Source of the DNA: Octopus bimaculoides
Taxonomy: Eukaryota
Direction of reading: 5' to 3'
DNA: 51,923 nt
Assembly: GCF_001194135.2 (NCBI RefSeq)
Contig: NC_068990.1
Location: forward strand, 38,439,573-38,491,495
Made by a program: the position numbers and the translations under genes. A model generated the notes under the pieces. The model saw only the letters and a program-made list of their open reading frames with translations. It was not told where the DNA came from and did no database searches. This document shows, piece after piece, positions 1-11,371 of this stretch (positions are counted from its first letter, which is position 1; every line of letters starts with the position of its first letter).

Positions 1-1
1 T

Positions 2-187
2 GGAAACCCCCTCCCCCTGTGGGATGAAGTTAAAATAATAGACAGGGAACAACACTGGAAAATACGAAAACTAAAAGAAGCAGCACATATGCTAGGACAC
101 AACAAACTCCTAAGCAGACCGAGTGCAGATATGAATAGCATATGGGAATCGGTATTGAGGAAGGATAGAAAAATAATAGATTTATAA
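2..187 (+). mobile_element. Penelope-like element, 3' end of ORF (C-terminal part of GIY-YIG endonuclease), cut by window edge
   Basis: Frame 2 reads GNPLPLWDEVKIIDREQHWKIRKLKEAAHMLGHNKLLSRPSADMNSIWESVLRKDRKIIDL*. This fits the PLE GIY-YIG tail pattern W..V.I...E..W..RK.KEA.....N......W..(L). It is followed by a PLE-type tail (279-348). Confidence 0.75.
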
Positions 188-216
188 GCCCTAAAATTCA
201 CCCCATAATGGGCCAC

Positions 217-280
217 GGGCATATGGCGTAGTGGTTAAGAGCGCGGGCTACTAACCCCAAGGTTCCGAGTTCGATTCACA
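217..280 (+). mobile_element. tRNA-derived segment (Pol III A/B boxes) inside the PLE 3' region; degenerate, not a functional tRNA
   Basis: GGGCATATGGCGTAGTGGTTAAGAGCGCGGGCTACTAACCCCAAGGTTCCGAGTTCGATTC: A-box TGGCGTAGTGG, B-box GAGTTCGATTC, anticodon-like arm GGG-CTACTAA-CCC. Acceptor and T stems do not close. Confidence 0.7.
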
Positions 281-348
281 GCCGAAACGTTGTGTTAACA
301 ACAAACAAGATGAGGAGAAATATCCGTCAAATGTAAATAATGTAAATA
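279..348 (+). mobile_element. PLE terminal-repeat tail with the 3' half of a hammerhead ribozyme
   Basis: CAGCC-GAAA-CGTT-GTGT then AAACAAGATGAGGAGAAATATCCGTCAAATGTAAATAAT. Closely matches the reverse complement of 31180-31255, which retains the CTGATGA half. Confidence 0.7.
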
Positions 349-904
349 ATATAGATATATATGTATGTATATAGCCTATATATATATATAGCATGCTATA
401 GTGCATGTTACAATTATATACATACATACATGTCTGTGCGTGAGTGTTTGTGCGTGTGTACGGGCGTGAATGCGTGTGAGTATGCTTGTGTGCATATATA
501 TTTCTAACTAAACAAACTGAGCCATTGTAGTGACTTGATACATTACCACATGACATATTTAAATAACAGCAAACGGGGCCATATATTCTAAAATAATTAG
601 GGCCAAGATAATTCATGAGATCATTGTCGCACAACGACTGCAACATGCCCTAGACGACCAGTGTTGGATGAATCTCATCAGAGGTCTAGTATGCTTGGCT
701 GAGCTATCTATGACAACAAGACATCGACGATGCTTGTGCATTGTATGTATACATCTGGTGTAGAAGAACACCATATGACAGTCATTTAAGTTCCTTTTTA
801 AATATAATTTTAGGAACGATGACGTGGTTTGTTGCTTTTTAAATTAGTAGACCGGTTTCCAACAAGACAATAATTGGTTCAACTAAAATTTCCCTTGCTT
901 CAAA

Positions 905-1170
905 ACAGTCTTTTTCTCAACCGCGGCCCTCACACAATAATTTATGTGATTACAATCGGGAGAATTAGGATATTAATGGAGTCACAGAAGTTCTCCGACA
1001 TTGATTTCTGACACTTTGCGGAAGTTTGACAAGGAGCCAAAATCCTGCTGTTAGGCATAAGGCCTTCGCACAGCAACCCTCTCCAGCCAGGGTTTGACCT
1101 TAATCTCCCGCTGCTTCACGTAAACGTTTGAGTTGAGTCGCCGCTTATCGAAGATGTGAGTATAAACTAC
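905..1170 (-). mobile_element. Tc1/mariner superfamily (maT/DD37D-like) transposase remnant
   Basis: The minus strand reads, with frameshifts and stops, HIFDKRRLNSNVYVK..VKPWLERVA.RRPYA*QQD.APCQTSAKCQ..SENF...PNSPDCNHINYCVRAAVEKKT. This covers the QQD.AP.H and SPD.NP.DY catalytic motifs. Confidence 0.7.
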
Positions 1171-2888
1171 GTAGACTCTACTGCAGCTGTCCATGTCACG
1201 TGATGTCCTTCAACCTTTACAGAGTTCACAGAGCTTTGAGCAGCTGTCATGGTATCGGCATTTTGTTACGCGGGACGAATCATCATGGTACAAGTAATTG
1301 GTTTCCAATATTCAAATGACTTCCAGTCTTTCATGTCAGCTAATTTTTTTGTCAACTACCATTTCAATTTTTATACCCTCCAATACCTTTTCCTGTTCAC
1401 CAATACATCAAGCTGTTCCTGAGAAGAAGAGATATAAATCTTGTCAAATTTAATCCGAACGCACTTCTGCCACGTTTTGATCGACTAGTTTCTTCACACA
1501 TGCTGACGATAAAACCAACTGTAGTGAATTTATCAAATGATAAAAGTCAAGAATGATAAAAAAAAAAGTGCTTTCGTAAGATGTAGGGAGCAAATATTGT
1601 AGCCAACATTGTTTGAAAAGCACCACATCATTTCTCCCGACGGTGCAGTGAAGTCTGTAAGAGCAGCCCCGGGCACACGAGACATTTGAAAACCCATAAT
1701 GATCCTTCACTTGAGAGGTTTAACTGTCAGACCGAAAACGTGAATTTTGCTTGCAGTTTTTGCAGTAAACTGTAAGTTTCATGCCGGCTTCATGAGTCAC
1801 TGACAATCTTACGTTCGTAGGAAATATAAGTTATAAGTCGACCTATCATCACGTTATGTATCTATGTATATCGTGATTCTGCATAAGATTCCGTTATCAA
1901 ATTCACTATCCTAGAAGGTATGCGGAGTAGAATCGAAATCGAAATCACAGTGGTGATCATCTTACTTTTTAAACAACTCAACCATCTTTGCAGGCAGTCC
2001 TCTACACATCTATGTCAATGCGATCACATTAGAAATATACTTTACGGAACTATGAACAAACTTTGCTGTAACACAATGCAAAACGACTAATTCGTTCATC
2101 TATTACACAACATTAAACGCCATTATAGACACATACATGCGAACATACACACACAAACACACAGACACACAAGCAAACACACACAGACACACACACACCC
2201 GAATTACATTTACACACACAAACACCAAGAAAACACATAAACTTAATAAAGATAAACAAACAATTTTGAATATCTGAAAGTGAGCAAAGCACCCTATTTC
2301 GTCTATGTCTACGCAATGAAAAGTATTTAGAAGAAGAAATATATGTAAATAAAAAAAAAACAAACAGAAACTTCAACAACAAACAACAACACATTAAACA
2401 TTTACTACCACCACCACCACCACTATTTCCAACACCCTACCCTCACTATCAATAACGACAACAACATCAACAAAAATAATAAGAGCAATATAAATATGTG
2501 GCTCCAACAATAGGGAACTAGGACTGAATCATTGATTGTCTTCTAAAAATCTCGCTGTCCATTTGTTTCCTAATCTATTTTTATACAGCAAATAACCTTG
2601 ATACTGTGTTCTCGTATTCTCTGGCGTTGTTGTTGTTGTTGTTGTTAATATTATTGTTTGTGCCCTTGTTTTTTTATACTTTATTTCCTTCTTATTGTTG
2701 TTCATTTTCTCTTATAACACTTTATTTGTGTTATTGTTAGGGTGTTGTTATTGCTTTTTGTTGTTTTTGTTGTTGTTGTTGTAGATGTTAATGTTATTGA
2801 TTAATGTTGTTGATGTTGATGTTGATCATCTTACAGTTCTTTCGTTACAGTTCCTTAATTCAATAGTTTTTGTTTCTTATTCTCCATT

Positions 2889-2956
2889 TTTCTTCTTCTT
2901 CTTCTTCTTCTTCTTCTTCTTCTTCTTCTTCTTCTTCTTCTTCTTCTTCTTCTTCT
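2889..2956. repeat. (TTC)n microsatellite
   Basis: Pure tract seen directly. Confidence 0.95.
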
Positions 2957-3469
2957 CTTTCTTCTGTCGTTTATTTATCACACAATTGCACATAAACGCA
3001 TAACGCCACACAAACACATATGCATGCACACAAATAAATATACATCCATTCAATTATGCTTTGTCATTTGTTTTCCCTTTACATTCATATGCTCCACCTT
3101 CTCATTCAGTTACGTACAATTCAAATTTTTCTTCTATGATTTAGACATTGTTTATCCCGTTCTTTATAGCAGCAGTATTTATCTGTTTGTGAGTTTGCGT
3201 ACGTATATATGTTTCTACGTGCACACACACAGATATACATAAACACACACACAGAGGGAGAGAGACGCACATTTTTTTTTTATATATACATATAGAAATA
3301 TATATGTATATATATATATGTGTGTGCTTTTGTGTATGCGTACAAATATACTTAAAACAGATGCCTGCACAAAAACATTTCTCGCCCGCTATTTGTATCC
3401 TCAACATACCACTATCTCTCAGCCACTATTTCTTACTATCATTTCTTAATAACATGTTCTTATATTTAC

Positions 3470-3505
<36 letters not shown>

Positions 3506-4061
3506 AGAGTTTCCTTTCGTAAAATATTCCATCATGTGCATCAATAGAAGAGGCAGCACAGCTTGCGATGCCGTTGCGGACAGCGTCACCAATGCTCATA
3601 CTGTCATGTCATCCATCACCAACACCATTGCCTTTGTCAACATCATCACAATTCTACTCACCTCCTTCATCATCATCATCATCATCATCATCACCAGTTG
3701 CAGTACCTAATCCCGCTTGTACTCCTCCAACTACTACGCTTCCCCTTCTCTTTCCACTACCCGCTTATTCCTTTTCTTCATCTTCATCATCATCATAATT
3801 TTCATTATCGACGTGACTATGTGTCGTCTGTTCCGCTTGGCTGTCAATATACGGCTATAACTATAATATATAACGATAATGTAGTTCTAACTTAACAAAA
3901 GACATGACTTTAGTTTTTACTTACAAGTCTTAAATCTCGTTTTGTTTTTAAAGTTCTTTCATTTAAATTATTGTTTCCAGCTAATATTTACTATAATATT
4001 ATTGTCATAGCTTAAGAGCATTTACAGCATTTAATATTTATATTAGTTAACAAATAAAGCT

Positions 4062-4232
4062 GTGGATTAGCAGAATCCTTAGTATATTACGCAAAATACT
4101 TAGCTATTTCCTCCGGCTCTTTACGTTCGTGTTTCATATTCTACCGAGGTAAGTTTTGCCCTTCATCCCTCCCAGCTCGATAGAATGGCCCTACAAAATT
4201 ACTGGCTTTGTGTCCGTATTAGAAACAATATT
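4062..4232 (+). mobile_element. SINE family B, diverged copy
   Basis: TAGCAGAATCCTTAG...TTACGTTC...CCGAGGT...TTTGCCCTTCATCC...GCTTTGTGTCCGTATTAGAA is colinear with the reverse complement of the 6793-7623 copies. Confidence 0.6.
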
Positions 4233-4310
4233 AGAAGATGACAGCATCGTCATACAACATCACAGCAGGGTTTGCTCTTTAGAATTTTGTTCATCTATGT
4301 TTTAATTTCA

Positions 4311-4466
4311 GGCGTAGGAGTGGCTGTGTGGTAAGTAGCTTGCTTACGAACCACATGGTTCCGGGTTCACTTCCACTGCGTGGCATCTTGGGCAAGTGTC
4401 TTCTACTATAGTCCCTGGCCGACCAAAGCTTATTGAGTGGATTTGGTAGACGGAAACTGAAAGCCC
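4311..4466 (+). mobile_element. SINE family A, 5' part (tRNA-like head plus core)
   Basis: A-box TGGCTGTGTGG, B-box GGTTCACTTCC, core TTGGGCAAGTGTCTTCTACTATAG...GATTTGGTAGACGGAAACTGAAAG. Matches 34991-35150. Confidence 0.85.
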
Positions 4467-4473
4467 ATAAGCA

Positions 4474-4830
4474 TTCTTTTATTCTTTTACTTGTTTCAAG
4501 CATTTGACTGCAGCCATGCTGGAGTACTTTTAGTCGAAAAAATAGACCCCAGGACTCTTTGTAAGCCCTAGTACTTATTCTGTTTGTCTTTTTTACCGAA
4601 CCACTATGTTACAGAGACGTAAACACACCAATATCTGTTGTCAGGCGAAGGTGGTNNNNNNNNNNATATATATATATATATATATATACGACGGGCTTCT
4701 TTCAGTTTCCGTCTACCAAATCCACTCACAAGGCTTTAGTCGACCCGAGGCTATTGCAGAAGATACTTGCCCAAGGTGCCAAGCAGTGTGGTTGGGAAGC
4801 AAGCTTCTTACCACACAACCACACCTGCGC
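4474..4830 (-). mobile_element. SINE family A, near full length, B-box deleted
   Basis: Reverse complement of 34991-35396: head, core, (TA)n spacer with a small gap, and 3' module ending CAGCATGGCTGCAGTCAAATG...GAAACAAGTAAAAGAATAAAAG. The ~20-nt B-box stretch is missing near 4788. Confidence 0.85.
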
Positions 4831-6360
4831 GCATATCCTATTATTTTTAGAATGAATGGACATAATGGATAATTTCCTTTAGCGGCATAATATACTCAAA
4901 TGTAGACGTTATAGGAATATTTTTCGTAATATATCTGCTCTGTTCAGTCTGAGAGGGTATTAAACACCTGGAACAAGAATGTTAGACTGCTACATGTGTC
5001 AATTCATATAAATTGTAGTATTGTTTACTAAACTGAAACATGTAAAGTAAAATGTGCCTCTTTACTCTGCATTTATAAACACCGTAGTGGTTCTAACACA
5101 CGATACTTAGGATATGGCATTGTAATACCGCATTAACTTTGCCATTTCTATTCTACTAATATTCGAATTATTAGGTGGATTAAAAATATCGGCTGCCATT
5201 TGTTTGGAGAATTGATTTTGAAGGTGTGTTTGGTATAGAAGTTAAAACTTCGTTTCTTGTTTTGTTGTTTTTGTTTCTTTTAACTACATTATCGTTTGAA
5301 ATTCAACCGTCTATTTCTCCCATCTTAATTCATGTTTCTCACACGCTAATAAAAACGTTTGCACCTAGAATTTGTTGCTAAACCTTGATCGATATATCCA
5401 ATAAAGGAGAACACATAACGGAAGAACTTAACATATCTATAAACGATTTCACCGAAACATTTATTAAGGAAAGTTTAATGATTAAATCTTCCTTCCTGTC
5501 CGACATTTTCTTTTAAATCTGAACAGCACTGAGATATCTGAAAAGATATGAACTTATTCTGCACCAATACACGGAAGATTTTGAAGATAGCAAAATATGA
5601 TTAAAAGTAGTTGTCTAAAATTAATAATGACAGGAATAACGTACAAAATAAGATATAAAAAATATTTTATTTTCCTCAATGTGTTAAGATTCACGAGGAC
5701 TTAGATTGCGTTGTAAAGGAAAAGTTTTAAATGTATGTATCCTGTCACTCACTGAATCACTGCCTGTGTTGAAAATAATAATAAAAATATATAACACGTT
5801 CATGTGAAAAGTAACAAAAGAAACAAGAACAGAAGTAAAAGCAGTAATCGCCCAACTAACAACAGGAATTGATTTTCCATATATTGACAAGTTTGAAGAC
5901 TGATTGGGAGCGAGAGACTGAATTATTGAGAAGAACTTTCACTGGTTTTCTCATAGAACTATTCACACTCTCCATGAAGTATTCACACGTTATATACTCA
6001 TGTAAATTATGCACAGAAGACATGCAGAATAGAACTCAAGAGAAACGATAAAAGATGTGTACTTTTGATGAATTTATATTTCAATTTAATTTACATTGGA
6101 ATTGGAGAACAATAGTATTGACAGTGATATGCTTCTAACGGATCAATCTCTACTCCACTGCATTTCTGGCAAAGATGGTGACAGCTAGTTGTTCAGTATA
6201 GATTGCATGAAGACAAAGATAGCATCCCGGCTGATTTGTTTTGACATGTAGGAAAACACTGATTAGAGAAACAAAAAATTATGTTGAATTCGTTTTCTAT
6301 AGGGCATGAGATATCTACCTAGAATGTTCATTATTGTATAATTGTCAGTATATCTTTTTA

Positions 6361-6634
6361 TCTTTTCTTTCTTTCAGTCATTTGACTGCAGCCATGCTGG
6401 GACACCAGCTTGACGGATTTTAAGCAAACAAATCGACCCCAGGACTTATTTTTTGTTTCAATTCTAGTGCATATTCTATCGGACTCTGTTGCCGAATCGC
6501 TAATTTATGGGCACGTAAACATACCAACACCGGTTGTCAGGCGGTGGAAGGAGACAGACAAACAAAAAATCATACAGGCAAATGCACACACACACACACA
6601 AACATATGTATACCGGGATTCTTTCAGTTTCCTT
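6361..6634 (-). mobile_element. SINE family A, 3' module plus microsatellite spacer
   Basis: TTTCAGTCATTTGACTGCAGCCATGCTGG...ATCGACCCCAGGACTTATT...GGTTGTCAGGCG...(CA)n...CTTTCAGTTTCC. Confidence 0.8.
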
Positions 6635-6792
6635 ATATTTATATTTTCTTTATGATAGCCACTTCTTGAAAACTGGCTCTAAACTTTTCTCCATACATTC
6701 ATTGAAAAAGTCTTGCAGCATTGTACATTTCCTCAGGCACCATAAATATGGGACTATAACATTCGTTTCGAATTTTAGTACAAGGTCAACAA

Positions 6793-7623
6793 TTTCAGGA
6801 GAGGGTTTAACTCGATTACATCGACCATAGTACTCAATTGGCACTTATTTATCAACTCCGAAATAATGAAAAAGTTAATCCTGGTGGCATTTGGACTCAG
6901 AAGGTAAAGATGGATGAAACGCCGCTAATCCTTTTGCCCAGTGCGGTAACGATTCTGCCAGCTCACCGTCTGAGTACGAGAATATAATATCGATTTCAAA
7001 TGTTGGCACAAACCAGCAAGTTCGATCTCAGCGTTCAACCGCTACTTATTTTATCGACCCCGAAAGGATGAAAGGCGAAGTTGACCTCGGTGGAATTTCA
7101 ACTCAGAACGTAAAGACGGACGAAATGCTGCTTAGCATTTTGATCGGTGTGCCAACTATTCTGTCAGCCTGCCGCCTGAATATGAGAATTCTTTCTACTG
7201 ATGGCACAAGGTCTGACATTTGGAGGAGGGGCGTAATCAATTACATAGACCCCCGGTACTTGACTCGTACTTATTTTATTGACCCCGAAAGACAAGAGGC
7301 AAGGTCGACCTCGGCGGAATTTGAACACTACGTGAAGACAGACAAGATATTGCTAGGCATTTCACACAGAGAGCTAACGATTCTGGCAGCTCGCAGCTTT
7401 TAATATTATATTAATGATATTAATCTTTTCTACTATAGGCACTAGGCTTGAAATTTGTTGGGGAGGGGACTAGTCGACTACATCAACCCCAGTATATCAC
7501 TGGTACTTAATTTACTGAACCCGAAAGGATAAAAGGCAAATTCGACCTCAGTGGAATTTGAACACAAAACGTAGCCGCAAACGAAACACTGCTAAGCATT
7601 TCGCCCGGCGTGCCAGCGCGGCG
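6793..7623 (-). mobile_element. Array of four head-to-tail SINE family B copies (about 6793-6970, 6985-7176, 7188-7398, 7424-7623)
   Basis: Each unit carries variants of TACTT(A)ATTT.T(C)GACCCCGAAAGGATGAAAGGC...GACCTCGG.GGAATTTGAAC...CTAAGCATTT...CTGCCAGCTCGCC. On the minus strand this gives A-box TGGCAGAATCG and B-box GAGTTCAAATTCC variants. Confidence 0.85.
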
Positions 7624-8366
7624 TTTTTCATATAATATTAATAATATTAATAGCGCACTTTTAAAGTTATTCTTTCCTTCCAAAGAAGAACAAACGTCCG
7701 AAACGTTAGATCTCTTCTTCAAGGCATAATGTTTATTACACTGTTTTATTATTCTTTTGCCAAAACACAACTTCAATAATCTCACAGAATTCTATGTTTC
7801 AAGTACTTATAGTAATAGGAATGCAGAGTGTGTATGTATGTGTATGTGTGTGATATAGTAGCATTTATAGCTAATAAAGGCAATGCTAAATGCTATATTT
7901 GGTACTGTTTTCGTAATTGATTGGATACTGATATTGTTAAGTTTTTGTTGACAATTATTTTGTTTTCTGTTGTTTTTATTGGTAGACATTCCTTGGTTAG
8001 TGTTGTTTATTGTTGTGTTGGTGATTTAAATTGATGTTGTTGACAAGTTAGCTTATGTTGTGCACAAAAAGAAATTTACAAAGACAGAAATAACTGATGA
8101 AAAATATTAATATGCAGAAGAATAATTATATTTATTTTTTAAGCAATACAATGCTGTTTTCCAGATAAAAAAAAAATTCGAGTGCAGAATTTTGAGATAT
8201 TTTAAGGGTGACGTGATTAATTCTTTTTTGCACGTTTTTGTGAAACTATATCTATTTTTTCCCTGTTATTTTAGTCATATGCTCAAATTCATCATTTGTG
8301 TGAACGTAATATTATGCACACAGTCAGGTCGAATATACATACATATATATATTTATACATACATAT

Positions 8367-8416
<50 letters not shown>

Positions 8417-8541
8417 AAACAACTATAATTTGAAAATGTCTTAACTATTTATCATACAAAAATTCAGAAATTCTCTTCTTGTATGCTACAACAGTAATGA
8501 TAACAATATAAACATCATGACATTCACAACGAATAATAACA

Positions 8542-8542
<1 letters not shown>

Positions 8543-8632
<90 letters not shown>

Positions 8633-8689
8633 TAATAACTATTATTATTAGTATCATCATCATCATCATTATTATTATTATTATTATCA

Positions 8690-8727
<38 letters not shown>

Positions 8728-8728
8728 G
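8543..8728. repeat. Compound microsatellite (TAA)n-(CAT)n-(TTA)n
   Basis: Seen directly. Confidence 0.95.
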
Positions 8729-9580
8729 TAATAAGAATGTATTTTCTTTACTTAATCCTCAAAAAATATATATATACCCTTTCTGCTTGGATATTTTCGA
8801 TAATTTTTCAAATTTAACACTTCTGCATGATATTTTCTTCATCTCACCCTCCATACTTTACGTATTTTTTCTATCATAAGAGATACGGTGAAGAATTCTC
8901 AATAAGAAATAATAATTTTTTATTTTAATTCCACCGAAAGTAAATCTATACATTTTTTTATGTTTTGCGTTTAACAAATATATAAAAATATGAATGTTTA
9001 CCCACGTTTTCATTTATTTCTTCTGCTCATTATGAATTATCTTGACTTTATTTCTATTCTTAAATAGAAACAGACCCACACCAATGCATATATGTGTATA
9101 CGGTTGTTCTTTGTAGAGAAATTCACATACCAGTTTGTGTGTGCATTGAAGAGACATCGTTTGTGTGAATGTGGATGTGTTTGCTTATAGATAGATACTT
9201 AGACACTTCTAACTTGCATTAACCTTGCATGTATATCTATACATACATACATACATAACCTTAAGAAAAATTACAAGAGTGCATCTGTTTGAGCCCATAT
9301 TCGAAAACAAAATACCATTCTTTTTACTACTCCAAATGAAATCATTGTTTACTGACATACAGGCATGCACGTGTACCTATGTTAATTGTACCTATGTTAT
9401 ATGTGACCGTCTATATAAATGCGTGTTTGTATGCAGGTATACAATTAATGACATATACAATTAATGACATTTCATTGTCATTAATTGTATATCAAGTAAT
9501 ATGTTCATGTCGTTTACATCTAATCAGACAGTGTCGCATTTCTGCTAATTTAAACATCTCGTAACATTTACAAAACTTAC

Positions 9581-9591
9581 GTTGACGTCTC
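9581..9591 (-). other. Candidate 11-nt microexon (gene unknown)
   Basis: ctgacaaatgatttttttcttttatttag|GAGACGTCAAC|gtaagt has a branch-like CTGAC, a strong pyrimidine tract and a consensus donor. There is no homology support. Confidence 0.3.
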
Positions 9592-10666
9592 CTAAATAAA
9601 AGAAAAAAATCATTTGTCAGAGATTATGATATTAATCATATTCTTAATATGCAAATCGGCAGATTCGACAGAGAACTCGCTAAAATGTTACCCGGTGTTT
9701 GTTCTCAGTCCCTAACTCAAATCCTTAACTTAGTCCTTAACTCTTTGAGTTCATAACTCAAATAGCGCTGATGTCAACTTAGCCGAGCTATAATAAAAAC
9801 GCACAAATACGTTTAGACAATGAAGCTTGTTATGACACTGGCTTCAAGTGTATGGATGCAAGCTAGCAGCCTTTTCTTTGGACATACATCGATAATATAA
9901 ATCATAGATTTGCATCCATTGACACCTGTCAGTCTTCTGTAAGACTATATGCATGTGTTTGTGTGTGTCTGTGTGTGAAGTATGTATGTATGTGTTTGTA
10001 TGTGGTGTGTGTATGTATGTATCTACGCGTTCTTTTCTTTATTGCTTACTAAACTGATTGGATGAATTATGCCATTTTATGTGACTTGGTACATAGATAT
10101 CGTTAAACTGAAATACCTCACTTTAATCGATACGATAGGTTAAGGTTGTGCCTTAACATTTCCATATCCTTGTGACTGAATCCGTTAAAAGAATATAGTA
10201 AACTAACATTTCTAAATGTTCAAAGTTTCTGTTTGCATTCACATAACTTTTAGTAACAAGTGAAGCAATTTGTCGATAAATTTCTCAGTATTTCGATGTT
10301 GACTTGATCTTTCCAATTACTGCTAAAGTGGATGTCATTGAGAAATCTTAATCAGATGATAGTTTGACTGCTGTTTGTTTCTTCATCGTTTTTGTTTTTA
10401 TTCAGTCTTTTTATTACTTGAACTCTCACCCACCACATATATATAAAGTACCTGTGCATAAAGTACCGAATTTTATGCGTATATATATATATATACATAT
10501 ATATGGTTGTATGTTTATATATATGTATGCGCGCGCACTTTTCTATATTGCTTGCTGATTGGACGAATTCTGCCATTCTGTTTATACGTATTCATGTATG
10601 TGTGTTTCCGTGATTATCTACGTATATACATGAAATTAAGAAAGTGTTGGTTTATATATGCTATGC

Positions 10667-10701
<35 letters not shown>

Positions 10702-11326
10702 TGCATGTATGCATATTTATGATATGTCAGTATTAAGCAAAATACAATTTTAGATACTTAATATTAAAATACTAAAAGATGTTTTTAATTCAATTTTTCA
10801 CCGAACCTAGCCTTTAAGAGTTGAAATCTAATTTCAGAAAATACTTTTAACATACAACAACATAGATATCTTTTAATTTACTTGTCTAGCAACGAATTTC
10901 AGTATGCTGTATGTATTTAGACCAGCCTTTTGATTATATCTTCACACTTCTTTATTATTTATTTTTCTTCTGCATTTTTCTACACATATTCAAGTTGGAA
11001 ATTGGCCACACGAAACAACCCGAAGATTATGCCATCACAGTCCGTGCTCACATGGATAATTGATTAAAGAGAAAGACAAGAAGCTCCGATTGTGCATGAA
11101 ACATTAACCATTCTACAGTTTAGAGGAAGCAATAGATATGTTAAGAGGGGATGTCTTAAGACGAAAGAAGATAATGTAAGATGAATATATGAATATATGT
11201 GCTAACAAATGTGTTTATTTGATTTCTGAGTGTCCATATGTAAATGGATGTAATTGTACAAAGTGTATAAATTTGTTTAGGATAGAGTTCGTGTTATTTA
11301 CTGATTATAAAGTAATAGCTGGTTAT

Positions 11327-11371
<45 letters not shown>

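Noticed and set aside
217-290. Functional tRNA gene
   Set aside because: Acceptor and T stems do not pair, the anticodon stem is only about 3 bp, and there is no T-run terminator. It sits inside a retroelement tail.
1200-1700. piggyBac-like transposase remnant on the minus strand
   Set aside because: There is only a vague LD.LV...RV.K.KW resemblance, with no catalytic motif, TIR or TTAA support.
1766-1771. Other short AG...GT segments (e.g. 1766-1771 +, 547-587 -, 10122-10175 -, 12116-12128 -, 31332-31337 -)
   Set aside because: At least one splice signal is weak and there is no homology. Their abundance on both strands shows the chance background, which is why the retained exon candidates have low confidence.
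2103-2363. SLC22/MFS-like N-terminus (IDEIGCFAHFQIFKIVCLSL)
   Set aside because: The similarity is short and approximate, the frame runs into a (TG)n repeat, there is no good donor, and no other transporter exons are present.
7068-7403. 111-aa ORF, and similar ORFs at 4291-4503, 34957-35220 and 36240-36434
   Set aside because: These are chance frames across SINE copies.
6793-7623. CRISPR-like repeat-spacer array
   Set aside because: The units are ~200-bp diverged SINEs in eukaryotic DNA, with no short identical repeats and no cas genes.
9690-9760. Telomere- or Helitron-like CCCTAA/CCTTAA repeats
   Set aside because: Only three degenerate units, and no terminal hairpin-CTRR structure was found.
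10427-10451. Kelch-like GTLYICGG micro-exon
   Set aside because: It derives from a degenerate (TA)n tract and has no supporting kelch exons.
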